Counted from the first letter of the stretch, positions 37,666 through 50,109 are shown. The stretch: DNA of 64,000 bases from a candidate division CPR2 bacterium GW2011_GWC2_39_35 (GCA_000995065.1 LBWX01000001.1:31563-95562); one strand, 5' to 3'. Translations and numbers: made by a program. Notes: generated from the letters alone by a model not told the origin.

Positions 37666-38412
37666 ATGCATATTTCTATCGCAGCAGAAGAAATATTTAA
37701 GATCGGCCCCGTTCAAGTTACCAATAGTATGCTTGCGGCGGCTATTACGTTTGTCATGCTCGGCTCCGTTTCTTATTTGGCTACAAGAAATTTAAAAAGC
37801 GTTCCAACCGGCCTTCAGAATGTTTGCGAAGCCATGGTTGAGGCTTTATACAATCTTACTCATAGTATTTCAAGAGATAAAAAGCTTACAGATAAAATTT
37901 TTCCACTGATAGCAACCTTTTTTATCTTTATTCTTTTTAATAATTGGTTGGGGCTTCTGCCGGGTTTTGGTACTATTGGATTCCACGAAATAAATGGCGA
38001 AGGACATGAGGTTTTTCTTCCCATGCTAAGGGCCGGCACTGCTGATCTAAATACCACTGTCGCTTTAGGACTTATTTCGGTAATAGCGATTCAGGTGATT
38101 GGAATTGGCGCATTGGGAGTTGCAAAATATTCCAAAAAGTTTATCAATTTTTCTTCCCCGGTCAATTTTTTTGTAGGTTTGCTAGAACTCATTTCCGAGG
38201 TTATTAAAATTATTTCGTTTGCGTTCAGGCTTTTTGGCAACGTTTTTGCCGGAGAAGTTTTGCTTACTGTGATGTCCGTTTTAGTTCCATATTTAATTCC
38301 GATGCCTTTTTATATAATGGAAGTTTTTGTTGGCTTTATTCAGGCATTGGTATTTACCATGTTGTCGTTGGTATTTATTAAGATGGCAACAATGAGTCAT
38401 GATAGTCATTAA
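37666..38412 (+). CDS. atpB: F0F1 ATP synthase subunit a
   Basis: five TM helices, conserved Arg in FRLFGN motif (AFRLFGNVFAGE). Confidence 0.9.
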   Translation: MHISIAAEEIFKIGPVQVTNSMLAAAITFVMLGSVSYLATRNLKSVPTGLQNVCEAMVEALYNLTHSISRDKKLTDKIFPLIATFFIFILFNNWLGLLPGFGTIGFHEINGEGHEVFLPMLRAGTADLNTTVALGLISVIAIQVIGIGALGVAKYSKKFINFSSPVNFFVGLLELISEVIKIISFAFRLFGNVFAGEVLLTVMSVLVPYLIPMPFYIMEVFVGFIQALVFTMLSLVFIKMATMSHDSH

Positions 38413-38471
38413 ATCAAATATTAGTAATTCACCCGAAGGGTGAAAAGCGCCCTCCCATGCGGGTCGTATGA

Positions 38472-38720
<249 letters not shown>

Positions 38721-38731
38721 AGAGGATATTT

Positions 38732-39235
38732 ATGGAGATATTACATAGTATCGGGATCGAGCCAAAACTTCTAGTGGCTCAAGCAATAAACTTTGGGCTG
38801 CTACTTTTTGTGCTCTATAAATTTTTGTACAATCCGATATTAAAATTGCTTAATGAACGTACAAAAAAGATCGAAAAGAGCTTAAAAGATGCTGAGGAAG
38901 TTGAGAAAAAGCTAGAAGAGACTGAAATAGAAAAAGGTAAAGTCATTACAAGTGCCAAGACAGAAGCTTCGGCGATGGTTAAAGAAGCCAAAATAGCCGG
39001 AGAAGAAGTGAAGGTTGGCATTATTAAAGAAGCCGAAGCAAAATCTAAGGAACTTCTTAAAAATGCAAAAGAGGATATCGAAAAAGAAAAAGAACTGGTC
39101 TTAAAAGAAGTAAAGAACGAAGTTGCGGAGCTTGTTTCTAGGGCCATGAGAACCATCGTAGATAAAGATGGTGAAAAATACGATGAAAAACTTATAAAAG
39201 AAGCAATTTCTGAAGTCGCAAAGGCGAGGGGATAA
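38732..39235 (+). CDS. atpF: F0F1 ATP synthase subunit b
   Basis: N-terminal TM then long charged coiled coil, position in operon. Confidence 0.85.
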   Translation: MEILHSIGIEPKLLVAQAINFGLLLFVLYKFLYNPILKLLNERTKKIEKSLKDAEEVEKKLEETEIEKGKVITSAKTEASAMVKEAKIAGEEVKVGIIKEAEAKSKELLKNAKEDIEKEKELVLKEVKNEVAELVSRAMRTIVDKDGEKYDEKLIKEAISEVAKARG

Positions 39236-39238
39236 ATT

Positions 39239-39625
39239 ATGCTGGGCGTATCCGACATTGCAAAGATTCTTTCCTCGGTTACTGTAAGTAAAGATAAGGA
39301 CGGTTTAGAAAGAATTGCAAAAAAAATTGTCGCCATTTATCCGGAAAAGGTACCGGCTATTATTAAGGCGCTTCAGAGGATTAAAGAATTTGATGATTCG
39401 GAAGTCACGATAACAACCGCAAAAGAACTAAATGATAATGAAAAACACAGATTAAAAAAAGAGGTTTCTTCTCAGTTTGATTACCCTTTAAATTTTAATT
39501 TTAGGGTCTCAAGAAGGATTGGGGCTGGCGTAATTATTAAAAAAGGCGAGCTAGTTATTGATAACAGCGCCGAAAATCGAATAAAAGAAGTAACAAATAT
39601 TATAAGGACAGCAAATATTAGTTAG
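39239..39625 (+). CDS. atpH: F0F1 ATP synthase subunit delta (short form)
   Basis: position between atpF and atpA, C-terminal delta-like region (RRIGAGVIIKKGELVIDNSAENRIKE); 128 aa is shorter than typical. Confidence 0.7.
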   Translation: MLGVSDIAKILSSVTVSKDKDGLERIAKKIVAIYPEKVPAIIKALQRIKEFDDSEVTITTAKELNDNEKHRLKKEVSSQFDYPLNFNFRVSRRIGAGVIIKKGELVIDNSAENRIKEVTNIIRTANIS

Positions 39626-39634
39626 GGAGCCAAA

Positions 39635-41137
39635 ATGTTAAACAGTAAGGAATATTTAATACAAAAGCTGACAGAGGAACTTGAGGGCTTTAAACCATCG
39701 CCAAGCGTATATAAGACCGGTAAAGTTGTATCCGTAGGTGATGGAATAGTTAAGGCAGTCGGCCTTAGCGATGTAATGTCATTTGAAATGGTTGAATTTC
39801 ATGATGGTATATACGGAATCGCACTGAACCTAGAAGAAGATGCTGTGGGCATTGTGGTTATGGGCGATGTAGATGCGATTAATGAAGGAGACGAAGTTAA
39901 ATGTACCGGTAGAGTATTAGAAGTTCCTGTGTCAGATAGTTTGCTTGGCCGCGTGGTTGATCCTCTTGGAAACCCTATTGATGGCAAAGGAGAGCTTAAG
40001 GCTAATAAATTTTATCCCGTCGAGAAAGTGGCGCCTGGCGTTATTAGCCGAAAATCGGTCACCCAGCCACTTCAGACCGGAATAAAGGCTATTGATTCTG
40101 TTATTCCAATCGGTCGAGGTCAAAGAGAGCTTATTATTGGCGATAGACAGACAGGCAAAACCGCAATCGCAATTGATACGATTATCAATCAAAAAAATGA
40201 GGATGTAATCTCGGTATATGTTGCCATAGGCCAAAAAAGGTCTAAGGTTGCCAGAATTGTTGCTGAACTCGAAAAGCATGGCGCCATGAAAAATACGATT
40301 GTGGTAATGGCGGGTGCTTCTGATCCGGCTCCATATCTATTTTTAGCGCCCTATACCGGTGTTTCTATCGCCGAGTATTTTATGGATAAAGGTCAGGACG
40401 TATTAATTGTGTATGATGATCTTTCTAAGCACGCTTGGTCTTATAGACAAGTCTCTTTGCTCTTAAGAAGACCTCCCGGACGAGAAGCCTATCCCGGTGA
40501 TGTTTTCTATCTTCATTCCAGACTCCTGGAAAGAGCTTGTCGAAGAGATCAGAAATATGGCGGCGGCTCTATTACGGCGCTTCCTATCATCGAAACTCAA
40601 GCTGGCGACATTTCGGCTTACATTCCAACAAACGTGATCTCTATTACAGACGGGCAAATTTTCTTGGAAACGGACCTTTTTTATCAAGGTATCAGGCCGG
40701 CTTTAAACGTTGGTTTATCAGTTTCCAGGGTTGGTTCAGCCGCTCAAATTAAGTCAATGAAAAAAGTAGCTGGAAAATTACGTCTTGAACTCGCTCAGTT
40801 TAGGGAGCTTCAGTCGTTTGCACAATTTGCATCAGACTTAGATGAAGATACAAGAAAACAGATCGAAAGAGGTAAAAGACTAGTTGAGGTCTTAAAGCAA
40901 GACCAGTATAAGCCTTTAGCAGTAGAAAAACAGGTTGCTATTATTTACGCGGCAACAAATGGCTACTTAGATGACATCGAAGTCGAAAAAGTCAAAGAAT
41001 TTGAAACTGCTTTGGATGATTATATGGACACCAGAGGCAAAAACTTTGCTAGTAATTTAAAGAAAGAAGCTAATCTTACGGAAGTAATCGAAAAAGAGCT
41101 TAAAGAAGTAATCGCGAAGGTTAAAGGAGAGTTTTAG
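39635..41137 (+). CDS. atpA: F0F1 ATP synthase subunit alpha
   Basis: Walker A GDRQTGKT, alpha signature, 500 aa. Confidence 0.95.
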   Translation: MLNSKEYLIQKLTEELEGFKPSPSVYKTGKVVSVGDGIVKAVGLSDVMSFEMVEFHDGIYGIALNLEEDAVGIVVMGDVDAINEGDEVKCTGRVLEVPVSDSLLGRVVDPLGNPIDGKGELKANKFYPVEKVAPGVISRKSVTQPLQTGIKAIDSVIPIGRGQRELIIGDRQTGKTAIAIDTIINQKNEDVISVYVAIGQKRSKVARIVAELEKHGAMKNTIVVMAGASDPAPYLFLAPYTGVSIAEYFMDKGQDVLIVYDDLSKHAWSYRQVSLLLRRPPGREAYPGDVFYLHSRLLERACRRDQKYGGGSITALPIIETQAGDISAYIPTNVISITDGQIFLETDLFYQGIRPALNVGLSVSRVGSAAQIKSMKKVAGKLRLELAQFRELQSFAQFASDLDEDTRKQIERGKRLVEVLKQDQYKPLAVEKQVAIIYAATNGYLDDIEVEKVKEFETALDDYMDTRGKNFASNLKKEANLTEVIEKELKEVIAKVKGEF

Positions 41138-41991
41138 TGGCATCCGCAAAGGAAGTTAGAAGAAGAATAAAATCAGCGACAAATACCAAGCAGATTATAA
41201 AAGCGATGGAGCTTACCTCTGTTATCAAGATGCAAAAAGCGGTCGCCAAAAACCTTGCTTCAAGATCTTATGCCAGATCAGCAAATGAAATTTTGCACTC
41301 TCTCCTGGGAGACATTAATCCGGCAGAACACCCTTTTCTAGAGACTAGGGGCCACGATAAAAAATTAATTCTTCTTATTACGTCCGACAGAGGGCTTTGC
41401 GGCGGCTTAAATGCCAAGGCTATTAAGAAGGCCTTGGATGCTGCAAAGCACGCAAAAGAAGCGGAATTCGTGACAATCGGCAGAAAGGGTAGGGACTTCC
41501 TAAAAGCATACGGATATAAGATTGTGGCAGAATTTACGAAATTAGAAGACCGGCCATCCTTTAAAGATATCTTACCGATTATCGAAGTTGCAACCGGGGA
41601 CTTTTTGTCAGGTAAATATGATGAGGTGGTTTTAGTTTATACTGACTTTAAGTCGACCTTAACTCAAGAACCAATCTCTAAAAAGCTTCTGCCTTTTCAA
41701 AATTCGGTTGAGAAAACCAACCATCAGCAGGACAAAATAACTTTTGAGCCTCAAAAAGCCGAAATTTTAAACAGTTTAATACCAAGAATCTTAGAGATAA
41801 AGGTTTGGCAGGCTCTTCTAGAGTCTATTGCTTCCGAACATTCCGCTAGGATGGTAGCCATGAAAAATGCAAACGAGAGTGCCGAAGAGTTAATATCAGA
41901 CTTAACGCTCACCTATAATCAGACAAGACAAGCGGGAATTACTCAAGAGATAGCCGAGATTTCCGCCGGCAAAATGACGCTGGAAGGATAA
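41137..41991 (+). CDS. atpG: F0F1 ATP synthase subunit gamma
   Basis: MASAKEVRRRIKSATNTKQI N-terminus and C-terminal ...ITQEIAEISAG helix typical of gamma. Confidence 0.9.
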   Translation: MASAKEVRRRIKSATNTKQIIKAMELTSVIKMQKAVAKNLASRSYARSANEILHSLLGDINPAEHPFLETRGHDKKLILLITSDRGLCGGLNAKAIKKALDAAKHAKEAEFVTIGRKGRDFLKAYGYKIVAEFTKLEDRPSFKDILPIIEVATGDFLSGKYDEVVLVYTDFKSTLTQEPISKKLLPFQNSVEKTNHQQDKITFEPQKAEILNSLIPRILEIKVWQALLESIASEHSARMVAMKNANESAEELISDLTLTYNQTRQAGITQEIAEISAGKMTLEG

Positions 41992-42138
41992 AACAAATGT
42001 CGAATGCCAAAGCTCAAATTTCAAATCAAATCCTAATATCAAATGCTTTAATTTTGACATTAGGTCATTTGTCATTCATTTGAAATTTGGATTTGACATT
42101 TAGATTTGGAAACCCCGAAAAATGGGTAAATATATTAA

Positions 42139-43515
<1,377 letters not shown>

Positions 43516-43545
43516 GATAGGAATAAGGAAAATAGGAAGCAATAA

Positions 43546-43980
43546 ATGCAAAAATTACATCTTAAGATAACAACTCCAGAAAGAGTTCTTGTGGATGAAG
43601 AAGCAAGAGAAGTCATTGTGCCGACAAAATCCGGCCAGATTTCGATTTTGCCAAGCCATACCGCTCTAGTTGCCGAAATTACGCCCGGCGAGATGTTGAT
43701 CCGCAACGAAAAGGAAGAAAAGGTTGCTTTGGTTTACGGCGGCTTTGTCGAAGTGCAGGAAGGCAGTAAGGTAATTATCTTAGCAGACAGCGCCGAGCAT
43801 CTGCATGAGTTAAGCGAGAAAGAGGCGGAAGAAGCCAGGAATCGAGCCGAAACGTTGATGCAAGAAGTAAGGGACGACAAGGAAAGATTCGCCGATGCTG
43901 AAGCCGAACTTGCCAGAAGTCTCATTCAGTTAAAATTGCTTAAAAAACATCATTCGCATAGACACACGAAACTTAACTAA
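43546..43980 (+). CDS. atpC: F0F1 ATP synthase subunit epsilon
   Basis: N-terminal beta sandwich (LKITTPERVL..ISILPSH) and C-terminal helical hairpin; last gene of operon. Confidence 0.85.
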   Translation: MQKLHLKITTPERVLVDEEAREVIVPTKSGQISILPSHTALVAEITPGEMLIRNEKEEKVALVYGGFVEVQEGSKVIILADSAEHLHELSEKEAEEARNRAETLMQEVRDDKERFADAEAELARSLIQLKLLKKHHSHRHTKLN

Positions 43981-44062
43981 ACTAAGCCGCTCGAAAGAGC
44001 GGTTTTGGTTTTACTATTGATTTTATATGGTTGCTTGTTAGATAATTAATCTAGGAGATGTT

Positions 44063-44347
44063 ATGGCTTTTAGAGAAATCTGTGAGGAACTTGCAGAGCT
44101 TTATGACAAAAAAAACCAGGATTATGCCGAAAAAGGCGATACTTATAAAAATTTTAGGGAAAATGCCGAGCTTTGGGATACCGAGATTTGGCAAGAGCCT
44201 CTAAGAAGACTTACGGAAAAAGTGGTAAGGCTTACGAATCTTATCAAGTCCGAAAAAGAGCCGAATTTCGAAAGTATTGATGATTCTATAAAAGACATTG
44301 CGGTTCTTGCGATCATTGCCATGGACATGAGACGGGGTAATAAGTAG
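44063..44347 (+). CDS. small all-alpha NTP pyrophosphohydrolase-like (MazG-like) protein (tentative)
   Basis: paired acidic motifs EELAE...ENAELWD and C-terminal ...DIAVLAIIAMDM resembling MazG-type helices; 94 aa. Confidence 0.4.
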   Translation: MAFREICEELAELYDKKNQDYAEKGDTYKNFRENAELWDTEIWQEPLRRLTEKVVRLTNLIKSEKEPNFESIDDSIKDIAVLAIIAMDMRRGNK

Positions 44348-44356
44348 AATAAGGCT

Positions 44357-44779
44357 ATGAGCAAACGTCGATCAAAAAAGAAAAAAATAGTCCTTTTCTC
44401 CCTTACAGTAGTAGCTATTGGATACATCTACTTTGCTTCTACCTCTAGCACTTCTAAATCTGATATCGATCCAATGGGAGCAAAGCTTAGTATCAAAAAC
44501 TTGAAATCTGAGGAAATTGGACCAGAAGACATTAAGCCGGAGCTAGAGCTAGGCGCGCAAAGCGAAATCCTACCATTTAAAATGACTTTTAAGGAACCAA
44601 AGGGTTACGAAGTCAAAACAATCAGTATGAAAATTCTTGCCGGCAACAAGATACAATTAACTCCGGTTGCCAAGAGATGTCTGTTTTGCAAGGCAAAGAA
44701 ATATACGGTTGAAGGTGAAATTTCCAATTTAGTAGCCGGCGAGTGGGATATTGTGACTAATTATGGGGGCGGGCTATAA
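44357..44779 (+). CDS. hypothetical membrane-anchored protein
   Basis: basic N-terminus then TM helix (IVLFSLTVVAIGYIYFA); no recognisable domain. Confidence 0.45.
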   Translation: MSKRRSKKKKIVLFSLTVVAIGYIYFASTSSTSKSDIDPMGAKLSIKNLKSEEIGPEDIKPELELGAQSEILPFKMTFKEPKGYEVKTISMKILAGNKIQLTPVAKRCLFCKAKKYTVEGEISNLVAGEWDIVTNYGGGL

Positions 44780-44989
44780 AGATTAAAAAATTTTAAAAAG
44801 GGTTAATTATGAAAAGGTGGCTATCTTACTTAACAATTGGCATAACTATCTTAATTAACTCCTTTATTTATCTAATTTAGACTGATTGGTTTTGGTTAGT
44901 GTAATGACAATTGTTTTATTGGTTTTATTGTTAAAAAACAAAAACAGTTAATTTTGGTTAGAATTTATAGTATAATGGTGGTGTAAAAC

Positions 44990-45400
44990 AATTAGTTAAA
45001 AGCGTTTGAGTCCGGCCATCACCGGACGAGCTGCCGGAAGAAAAGTTTATATCTCGTCATTTAAGAATTAATTTCAGAATCTCCCCAATGCAAGATGGGA
45101 TTCTGAAACAAGTTCAGAATGACGGCATAAGCTTAGTAGAACCGGACGGGAAAGCCCGTAACTGCTTATGAATTAAGAGCAGTGACTTAAAATAGTCATT
45201 GCGAGCCCTTAGGGCGCGGCAATCTCGTCTTTAAAATCAATGAGATTGCGTAGCCTGTCCTGAATTTATTTCAGGATCCCACTCCTCGCAATGACAAAGT
45301 CCTGAATTAAGGTGGTACCGCCTATAACTGATTATCAGTGATCTATAGGGTCCTTAAACATAGTTTGAGGATTTTTTCTTTTTAGGAGGCTTTAATGATT
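44990..45400 (+). promoter_or_regulatory. T-box riboswitch leader upstream of ileS (T-box sequence AATTAAGGTGGTACCGCC at 45305-45322) with long structured stems
   Basis: 16/18 match to T-box consensus AATTAGGGTGGTACCGCG; UGGU bulge compatible with A73 discriminator of tRNA-Ile; ~580-nt untranslated leader before ileS; possible -10 TATAAT at ~44965. Confidence 0.5.
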
Positions 45401-45564
45401 GGATCAAAGATTAAAGATCAAGAATCAAAAATAAAATATAGTAACAAGAGATATAAAAGGTACCTATGCCTTCAATTTGCATTTTGATTTTTGAGTTTTG
45501 GCCTTTGAGCTATTTCACTTTAAGTCGATTTAATAATACTAATAACTAACTACGTCAAAAGTAT

Positions 45565-48477
45565 ATGAGAAAGGAGATGGTTGTGTTAAATCCCGTTAAT
45601 CCCAGACCAAATTTTCCAGGTGAGGAAGAAGATATCCTAAAATTCTGGAATACAAAAAATATTTTTAAAAAGTCGATCGAAAGTCGTCCCAAAAACAAGA
45701 CCTTTTCTTTTTATGATGGCCCCCCATACGCTACGGGCCTACCTCATTATGGCCATCTAGTTGCAGGTACCATAAAAGATGTTATTCCCAGATACAAAAC
45801 TATGAAAGGTTATAGAGTTGAAAGAGTTTGGGGTTGGGATACCCATGGGTTGCCAATTGAAAATATCGTCGAACAAGAATTAAATATCAAATCCAAACTT
45901 CAGATAAGAGAATATGGCATTGACAAATTTAATGAAAAAGCGAGAGCCAAGGTCTTAGAATATGCCCATGCTTGGGAGCATATTGTAGAGCGAACCGGTC
46001 GCTGGGTAGATATGGAAAATGCCTATATTACAATGGATTCAAAATATATGGAATCTGTCTGGTGGGTTTTTAAGTCTATTTGGGACAAAGGCCTTGTCTA
46101 TATGGGCCATAAAGTAATGCCATATTGTCCCCGATGTGCTACCGGTCTTTCGAGCTTTGAGGTGGGCCTTGGTGGTTACAAAGACAAGATTGATAAGACT
46201 GTTACTGTTAAATTTCAGTCGGAAGACGACCCAAATACCTACTTTTTGGCTTGGACAACCACGCCCTGGACATTGCCTGGAAACTTGGCATTGGCAGTCA
46301 ATCCAAATATCAAATACGTAAAAGTTAAAAGGTATGATAAATTTTATATCTTAGCAAAGGACAGGTTAGAGCACTACAAAAACGTAATTGGCGATGAAAT
46401 TGTAGAAGAATTTAACGCCAAAAAACTCATCGGTAAGAAATATAAACGTATTTTTGATTACTATAAAGGTGTTGATAAGGCGTTTGAAATAATTGCCGGT
46501 GATTATGTAACTACAGAGGACGGTACGGGCATTGTGCACATTGCGCCAGCTTTTGGCGAAGAAGATTACCGCGTAGCCAAGGAAAGCGGCATCGCCTTTT
46601 ACATGCCGGTTAATGACATGGGGGAATTTGAAATAGACGTGCCAGATTATGCTGGACTTAGCGTTGTTTCCTCTGATACGAACGCGAGAATTATTACCGA
46701 ATTAGGAGACAAGGCATTAGTCGTTAGAGACCATACCCACCCATATCCGTATTGCTGGAGATGTGACTCACCTTTAATCTACAAAGCTATTGATAGCTGG
46801 TTTGTAGCTACCGAAAAGCTAAAGAAACAAATGATAAAGAACAACGAAAGTGTTCATTGGGTGCCGGACCATATTGGAAAAGGCCGTTTTGCCAAGCTTT
46901 TAGAAGGTGCTCCCGACTGGAATATCTCCCGAAACCGTTTTTGGGGTGTACCGATTCCCGTATGGGCTTGCGAGAAATGTAATGAAAATAAAGTTATGGG
47001 CAGCATAAAAGAGCTGGAAGAAGCTACCGGTAAAAAGATTGATGATATTCATTTGCACAAGATTCATGATTTAAAAGTTAAATGTAAATGCGGCGGAGAT
47101 GCCAGACTTACCGGAGAAGTTTTGGACGTCTGGTTTGATTCAGGCTGTATGCCATATGCATCAATCCATTATCCGTTTGAAAATAAGGATAAGTTTGAAC
47201 GGGATTTTCCTGCTGACTTTATTGCCGAAGGCGTCGATCAAACCAGAGGCTGGTTTAATTCCTTGATGGTTTTAGGAACTGCTCTTTTTGGCAAATCGCC
47301 TTATAAAAACGTGGTGGTAAACGGTATTGTTCTCGCGGAAGACGGCCAAAAAATGGCCAAAAGGCTTAAGAATTACCCTGATCCTAGTTATGTCATGGAA
47401 AAATACGGCGCTGATGCTATGCGGTTTTACCTCATGTCTAGTCCAGCCGTTAAGGCAGGAGACCTAAACTTTTCCGAAAAAGGGGTAGAAGAAATTGTTA
47501 AAAGACTAATTCTTACTTACTGGAACTCCTATTCCTTCTTTGTAACGTACGCATCTATTGTGGGCTTTAAGCCGGAAGAGATAGAAACTGAGGATATTTT
47601 AGACCTTTGGGTGATTTCCAGGCTTAATAACACTGTAAACATGGTTACCGAAGAACTGGATAATTACGAACTTCCTCCTGCCGCCAGAGCCATAGAGGAA
47701 TTTGTAGGCGATCTTTCCAATTGGTACATCCGCAGAAATAGAAAACGCTTTGCCGCCGGCGACAAAGCGGCCCTAAACACGCTTTATGGGGTCTTGGTTA
47801 AGTTGTCTCAAATGCTAGCACCGTACATGCCGTTTGTGACCGAAGAAGTTTATCAGAATTTGGTGGTAAATTTTGTTTCTGATGCTAAGGAGTCAATCCA
47901 TTTAACCGATTTTCCCGTATATAACGAGTTAAAGGTTGATGATGAACTGGAAGATAATATGGAGATGGTAAGAAAGCTTGTTGAGATGGGAATGAGTATT
48001 AGAAACGAAAAAGGTATCAAGGTAAGGCAGCCGTTGTCGGTTATCAATGCTACCATAAACAATAATTTGTTGGATAAAAGGCTTCAAAATATTCTGCTCG
48101 AAGAGTTAAATGTTAAAGGTTTTGCAGATCGGATAAAAAGCAAGAATAGCGAGGAATCCTCAGCTAGGGTCAATTCAAAAGAACTAAAGCTTATCGTTGA
48201 TCTTGAAATAACCTCGGAATTAAAAGCCGAAGGTTTGGCTAGAGAAATCCTAAGAAAAGTTCAAGTGTTAAGAAAGGAAAAGGGGCTGTCTATTGATGAC
48301 AAAATCGAGCTTTACTATGAAACAGAGGATAATGCCTTGAGAAATGCGATAAATCACCCTGTTTTTAAAGAAGGCGCCAAGGTAAAAACCACAAAAGAAG
48401 GCAAAATAGAAGATGCTCACAGCAAAGAATTAGCCATAGAGGGTAGTATGATTTGGGTAGGGATTAAGAAAGCGTAG
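45565..48477 (+). CDS. ileS: isoleucyl-tRNA synthetase, type 2 (eukaryote/archaeal-like)
   Basis: HIGH motif (PHYGHL), KMSKS variant (KMAKRLKN), CP1 editing domain, Zn-binding C-terminal-type-2 architecture; 970 aa. Confidence 0.9.
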   Translation: MRKEMVVLNPVNPRPNFPGEEEDILKFWNTKNIFKKSIESRPKNKTFSFYDGPPYATGLPHYGHLVAGTIKDVIPRYKTMKGYRVERVWGWDTHGLPIENIVEQELNIKSKLQIREYGIDKFNEKARAKVLEYAHAWEHIVERTGRWVDMENAYITMDSKYMESVWWVFKSIWDKGLVYMGHKVMPYCPRCATGLSSFEVGLGGYKDKIDKTVTVKFQSEDDPNTYFLAWTTTPWTLPGNLALAVNPNIKYVKVKRYDKFYILAKDRLEHYKNVIGDEIVEEFNAKKLIGKKYKRIFDYYKGVDKAFEIIAGDYVTTEDGTGIVHIAPAFGEEDYRVAKESGIAFYMPVNDMGEFEIDVPDYAGLSVVSSDTNARIITELGDKALVVRDHTHPYPYCWRCDSPLIYKAIDSWFVATEKLKKQMIKNNESVHWVPDHIGKGRFAKLLEGAPDWNISRNRFWGVPIPVWACEKCNENKVMGSIKELEEATGKKIDDIHLHKIHDLKVKCKCGGDARLTGEVLDVWFDSGCMPYASIHYPFENKDKFERDFPADFIAEGVDQTRGWFNSLMVLGTALFGKSPYKNVVVNGIVLAEDGQKMAKRLKNYPDPSYVMEKYGADAMRFYLMSSPAVKAGDLNFSEKGVEEIVKRLILTYWNSYSFFVTYASIVGFKPEEIETEDILDLWVISRLNNTVNMVTEELDNYELPPAARAIEEFVGDLSNWYIRRNRKRFAAGDKAALNTLYGVLVKLSQMLAPYMPFVTEEVYQNLVVNFVSDAKESIHLTDFPVYNELKVDDELEDNMEMVRKLVEMGMSIRNEKGIKVRQPLSVINATINNNLLDKRLQNILLEELNVKGFADRIKSKNSEESSARVNSKELKLIVDLEITSELKAEGLAREILRKVQVLRKEKGLSIDDKIELYYETEDNALRNAINHPVFKEGAKVKTTKEGKIEDAHSKELAIEGSMIWVGIKKA

Positions 48478-48556
48478 TTTTCAATTTAAACAAAGGGTTA
48501 TTCAATTATTAAAATCACTTGGATCTCAAACAATTTAGATGTAAAATACTACTGCT

Positions 48557-49657
48557 ATGTCTAAAAAAATACTATTTAAAAACTTCGACTGGGTACTTTT
48601 TGCGGTAGTAGGGCTCCTAATTAGTTTTGGTCTTCTAACTATTTACAGCACGGCTTTTGCGGAGACGGACGCCAAAGGAAATAAAGCTATATCTCAAGCA
48701 GTTTTCGCTGCTCTTGGTTTTATATTAGTCTTTGTTTTTGCAAAAATTGACTATCGGGTTTTCAGAAAGTTTACCGGACTCTTTTATGTCATTATGATTG
48801 CTTTATTGCTGGTGGTTGAATTTGCCGGTTCTAATGTTCTGGGTGCTACAAGATGGATTAATCTTGGTTTTTTTCAGCTGCAGCCATCAGAAGTCGCTAA
48901 AATTATATCTATTATCATCCTAGCAAAGTATTTTTCAGATCATAATGAAGAAATGTGGCGGGTTAAACATATAATCATTTCGGGGATATACATTATAATT
49001 CCCGTTTTAATGGTGGCGAAACAGCCCGACCTTGGAACCGCTATTGTTATCTTTTCTATTTGGCTGGGTATGCTTTTTGTTTCGAATGTCAAGAGGTCTA
49101 CTCTAATTAAAATGGCTGGGATCGGTCTAGCTATTCTTCCCCTTATGTGGTTTACGCTTCATGATTATCAAAAAAATCGAATATTAACGCTTTTTAGTCC
49201 GGATGCTGATGTATTGGGAAAAGGATGGAATGTAGAACAGGCAAATATAGCTATTGGATCGGGACAGTTTTTTGGCCGCGGTTTTGGTTATGGTTCGCAA
49301 AGCCATTTAAATTTCTTACCAATGCAGCATACTGACTTTGCATTTGCAGTTTTAGCCGAAGAAATGGGATTTTTAGGCTCCGTAATTCTTATTGGACTCT
49401 ATTTCTTATTGCTTTATCGTGTTCTAGCAATCGCAAAGTCATCCAGAGACAGTTTCGGTATGTTTATTGCAACAGGAACTGCCGTCATGTTTTTTGTCCA
49501 TATCTTTGTAAATATAGGTATGAATATAAGGCTTATGCCGGCTACGGGTATCCCGCTGCCTTTTATTAGCGCTGGCGGGACAGCAATCCTTATTAACCTC
49601 GCAGCGATTGGAATCTTGGAAAGCATTTATTCCAGACATAAGAAGATTGATTTTTAA
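48557..49657 (+). CDS. ftsW: SEDS-family peptidoglycan glycosyltransferase (FtsW/RodA)
   Basis: 10-TM topology, SEDS-family polytopic architecture and size (366 aa); motif identity not checked. Confidence 0.85.
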   Translation: MSKKILFKNFDWVLFAVVGLLISFGLLTIYSTAFAETDAKGNKAISQAVFAALGFILVFVFAKIDYRVFRKFTGLFYVIMIALLLVVEFAGSNVLGATRWINLGFFQLQPSEVAKIISIIILAKYFSDHNEEMWRVKHIIISGIYIIIPVLMVAKQPDLGTAIVIFSIWLGMLFVSNVKRSTLIKMAGIGLAILPLMWFTLHDYQKNRILTLFSPDADVLGKGWNVEQANIAIGSGQFFGRGFGYGSQSHLNFLPMQHTDFAFAVLAEEMGFLGSVILIGLYFLLLYRVLAIAKSSRDSFGMFIATGTAVMFFVHIFVNIGMNIRLMPATGIPLPFISAGGTAILINLAAIGILESIYSRHKKIDF

Positions 49658-49737
49658 ACGGACCGCTTGTTGTTATTTATCCTTGACGAAAGGCGAATAA
49701 TTTGTTATTCTATTTACGGTACTTTTAAGGAGAACTC

Positions 49738-50109
49738 ATGTCAGAAGAGACTAAAACAGCTGAAAAGAAAGAAGTAAAAAAGGCGGGAAAATCCAGCCGT
49801 TTTGCTGTTATTGAAACAGGTGGAAAACAATATATTGTACGTGAAGGCCAGAGGATCGAGGTGGAACTTTTGGCAGACGCAAAAGAAGGCAAGGATCTGA
49901 CTCTTGACGCACTGCTTGTTGGCGACGACAAAACCGTTAAGGTTGGCAAGCCGATGGTAGAAAAAGCGACCGTTAAAGTTAAAGTGTTAGGGGATATTAA
50001 AGGAGAAAAGCTTATTGTATTTAAATACAAAGCAAAGAAAAACCAAAGAAAAAAAACCGGTCACAGACAAAAATACACTGAGCTTGAAATCACAAAGATC
50101 GAAATCTAA
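49738..50109 (+). CDS. rplU: 50S ribosomal protein L21 (with N-terminal basic extension)
   Basis: FAVIETGGKQYIVREGQRIEVE L21 core; no rpmA (L27) follows. Confidence 0.9.
   Translation: MSEETKTAEKKEVKKAGKSSRFAVIETGGKQYIVREGQRIEVELLADAKEGKDLTLDALLVGDDKTVKVGKPMVEKATVKVKVLGDIKGEKLIVFKYKAKKNQRKKTGHRQKYTELEITKIEI

Noticed and set aside
38815-39336. 173-aa minus-strand ORF rich in Ser/Phe opposite atpF/atpH
   Set aside because: Low-complexity antisense translation of the Lys/Glu-rich atpF coding strand; the atp genes on + strand are unambiguous.
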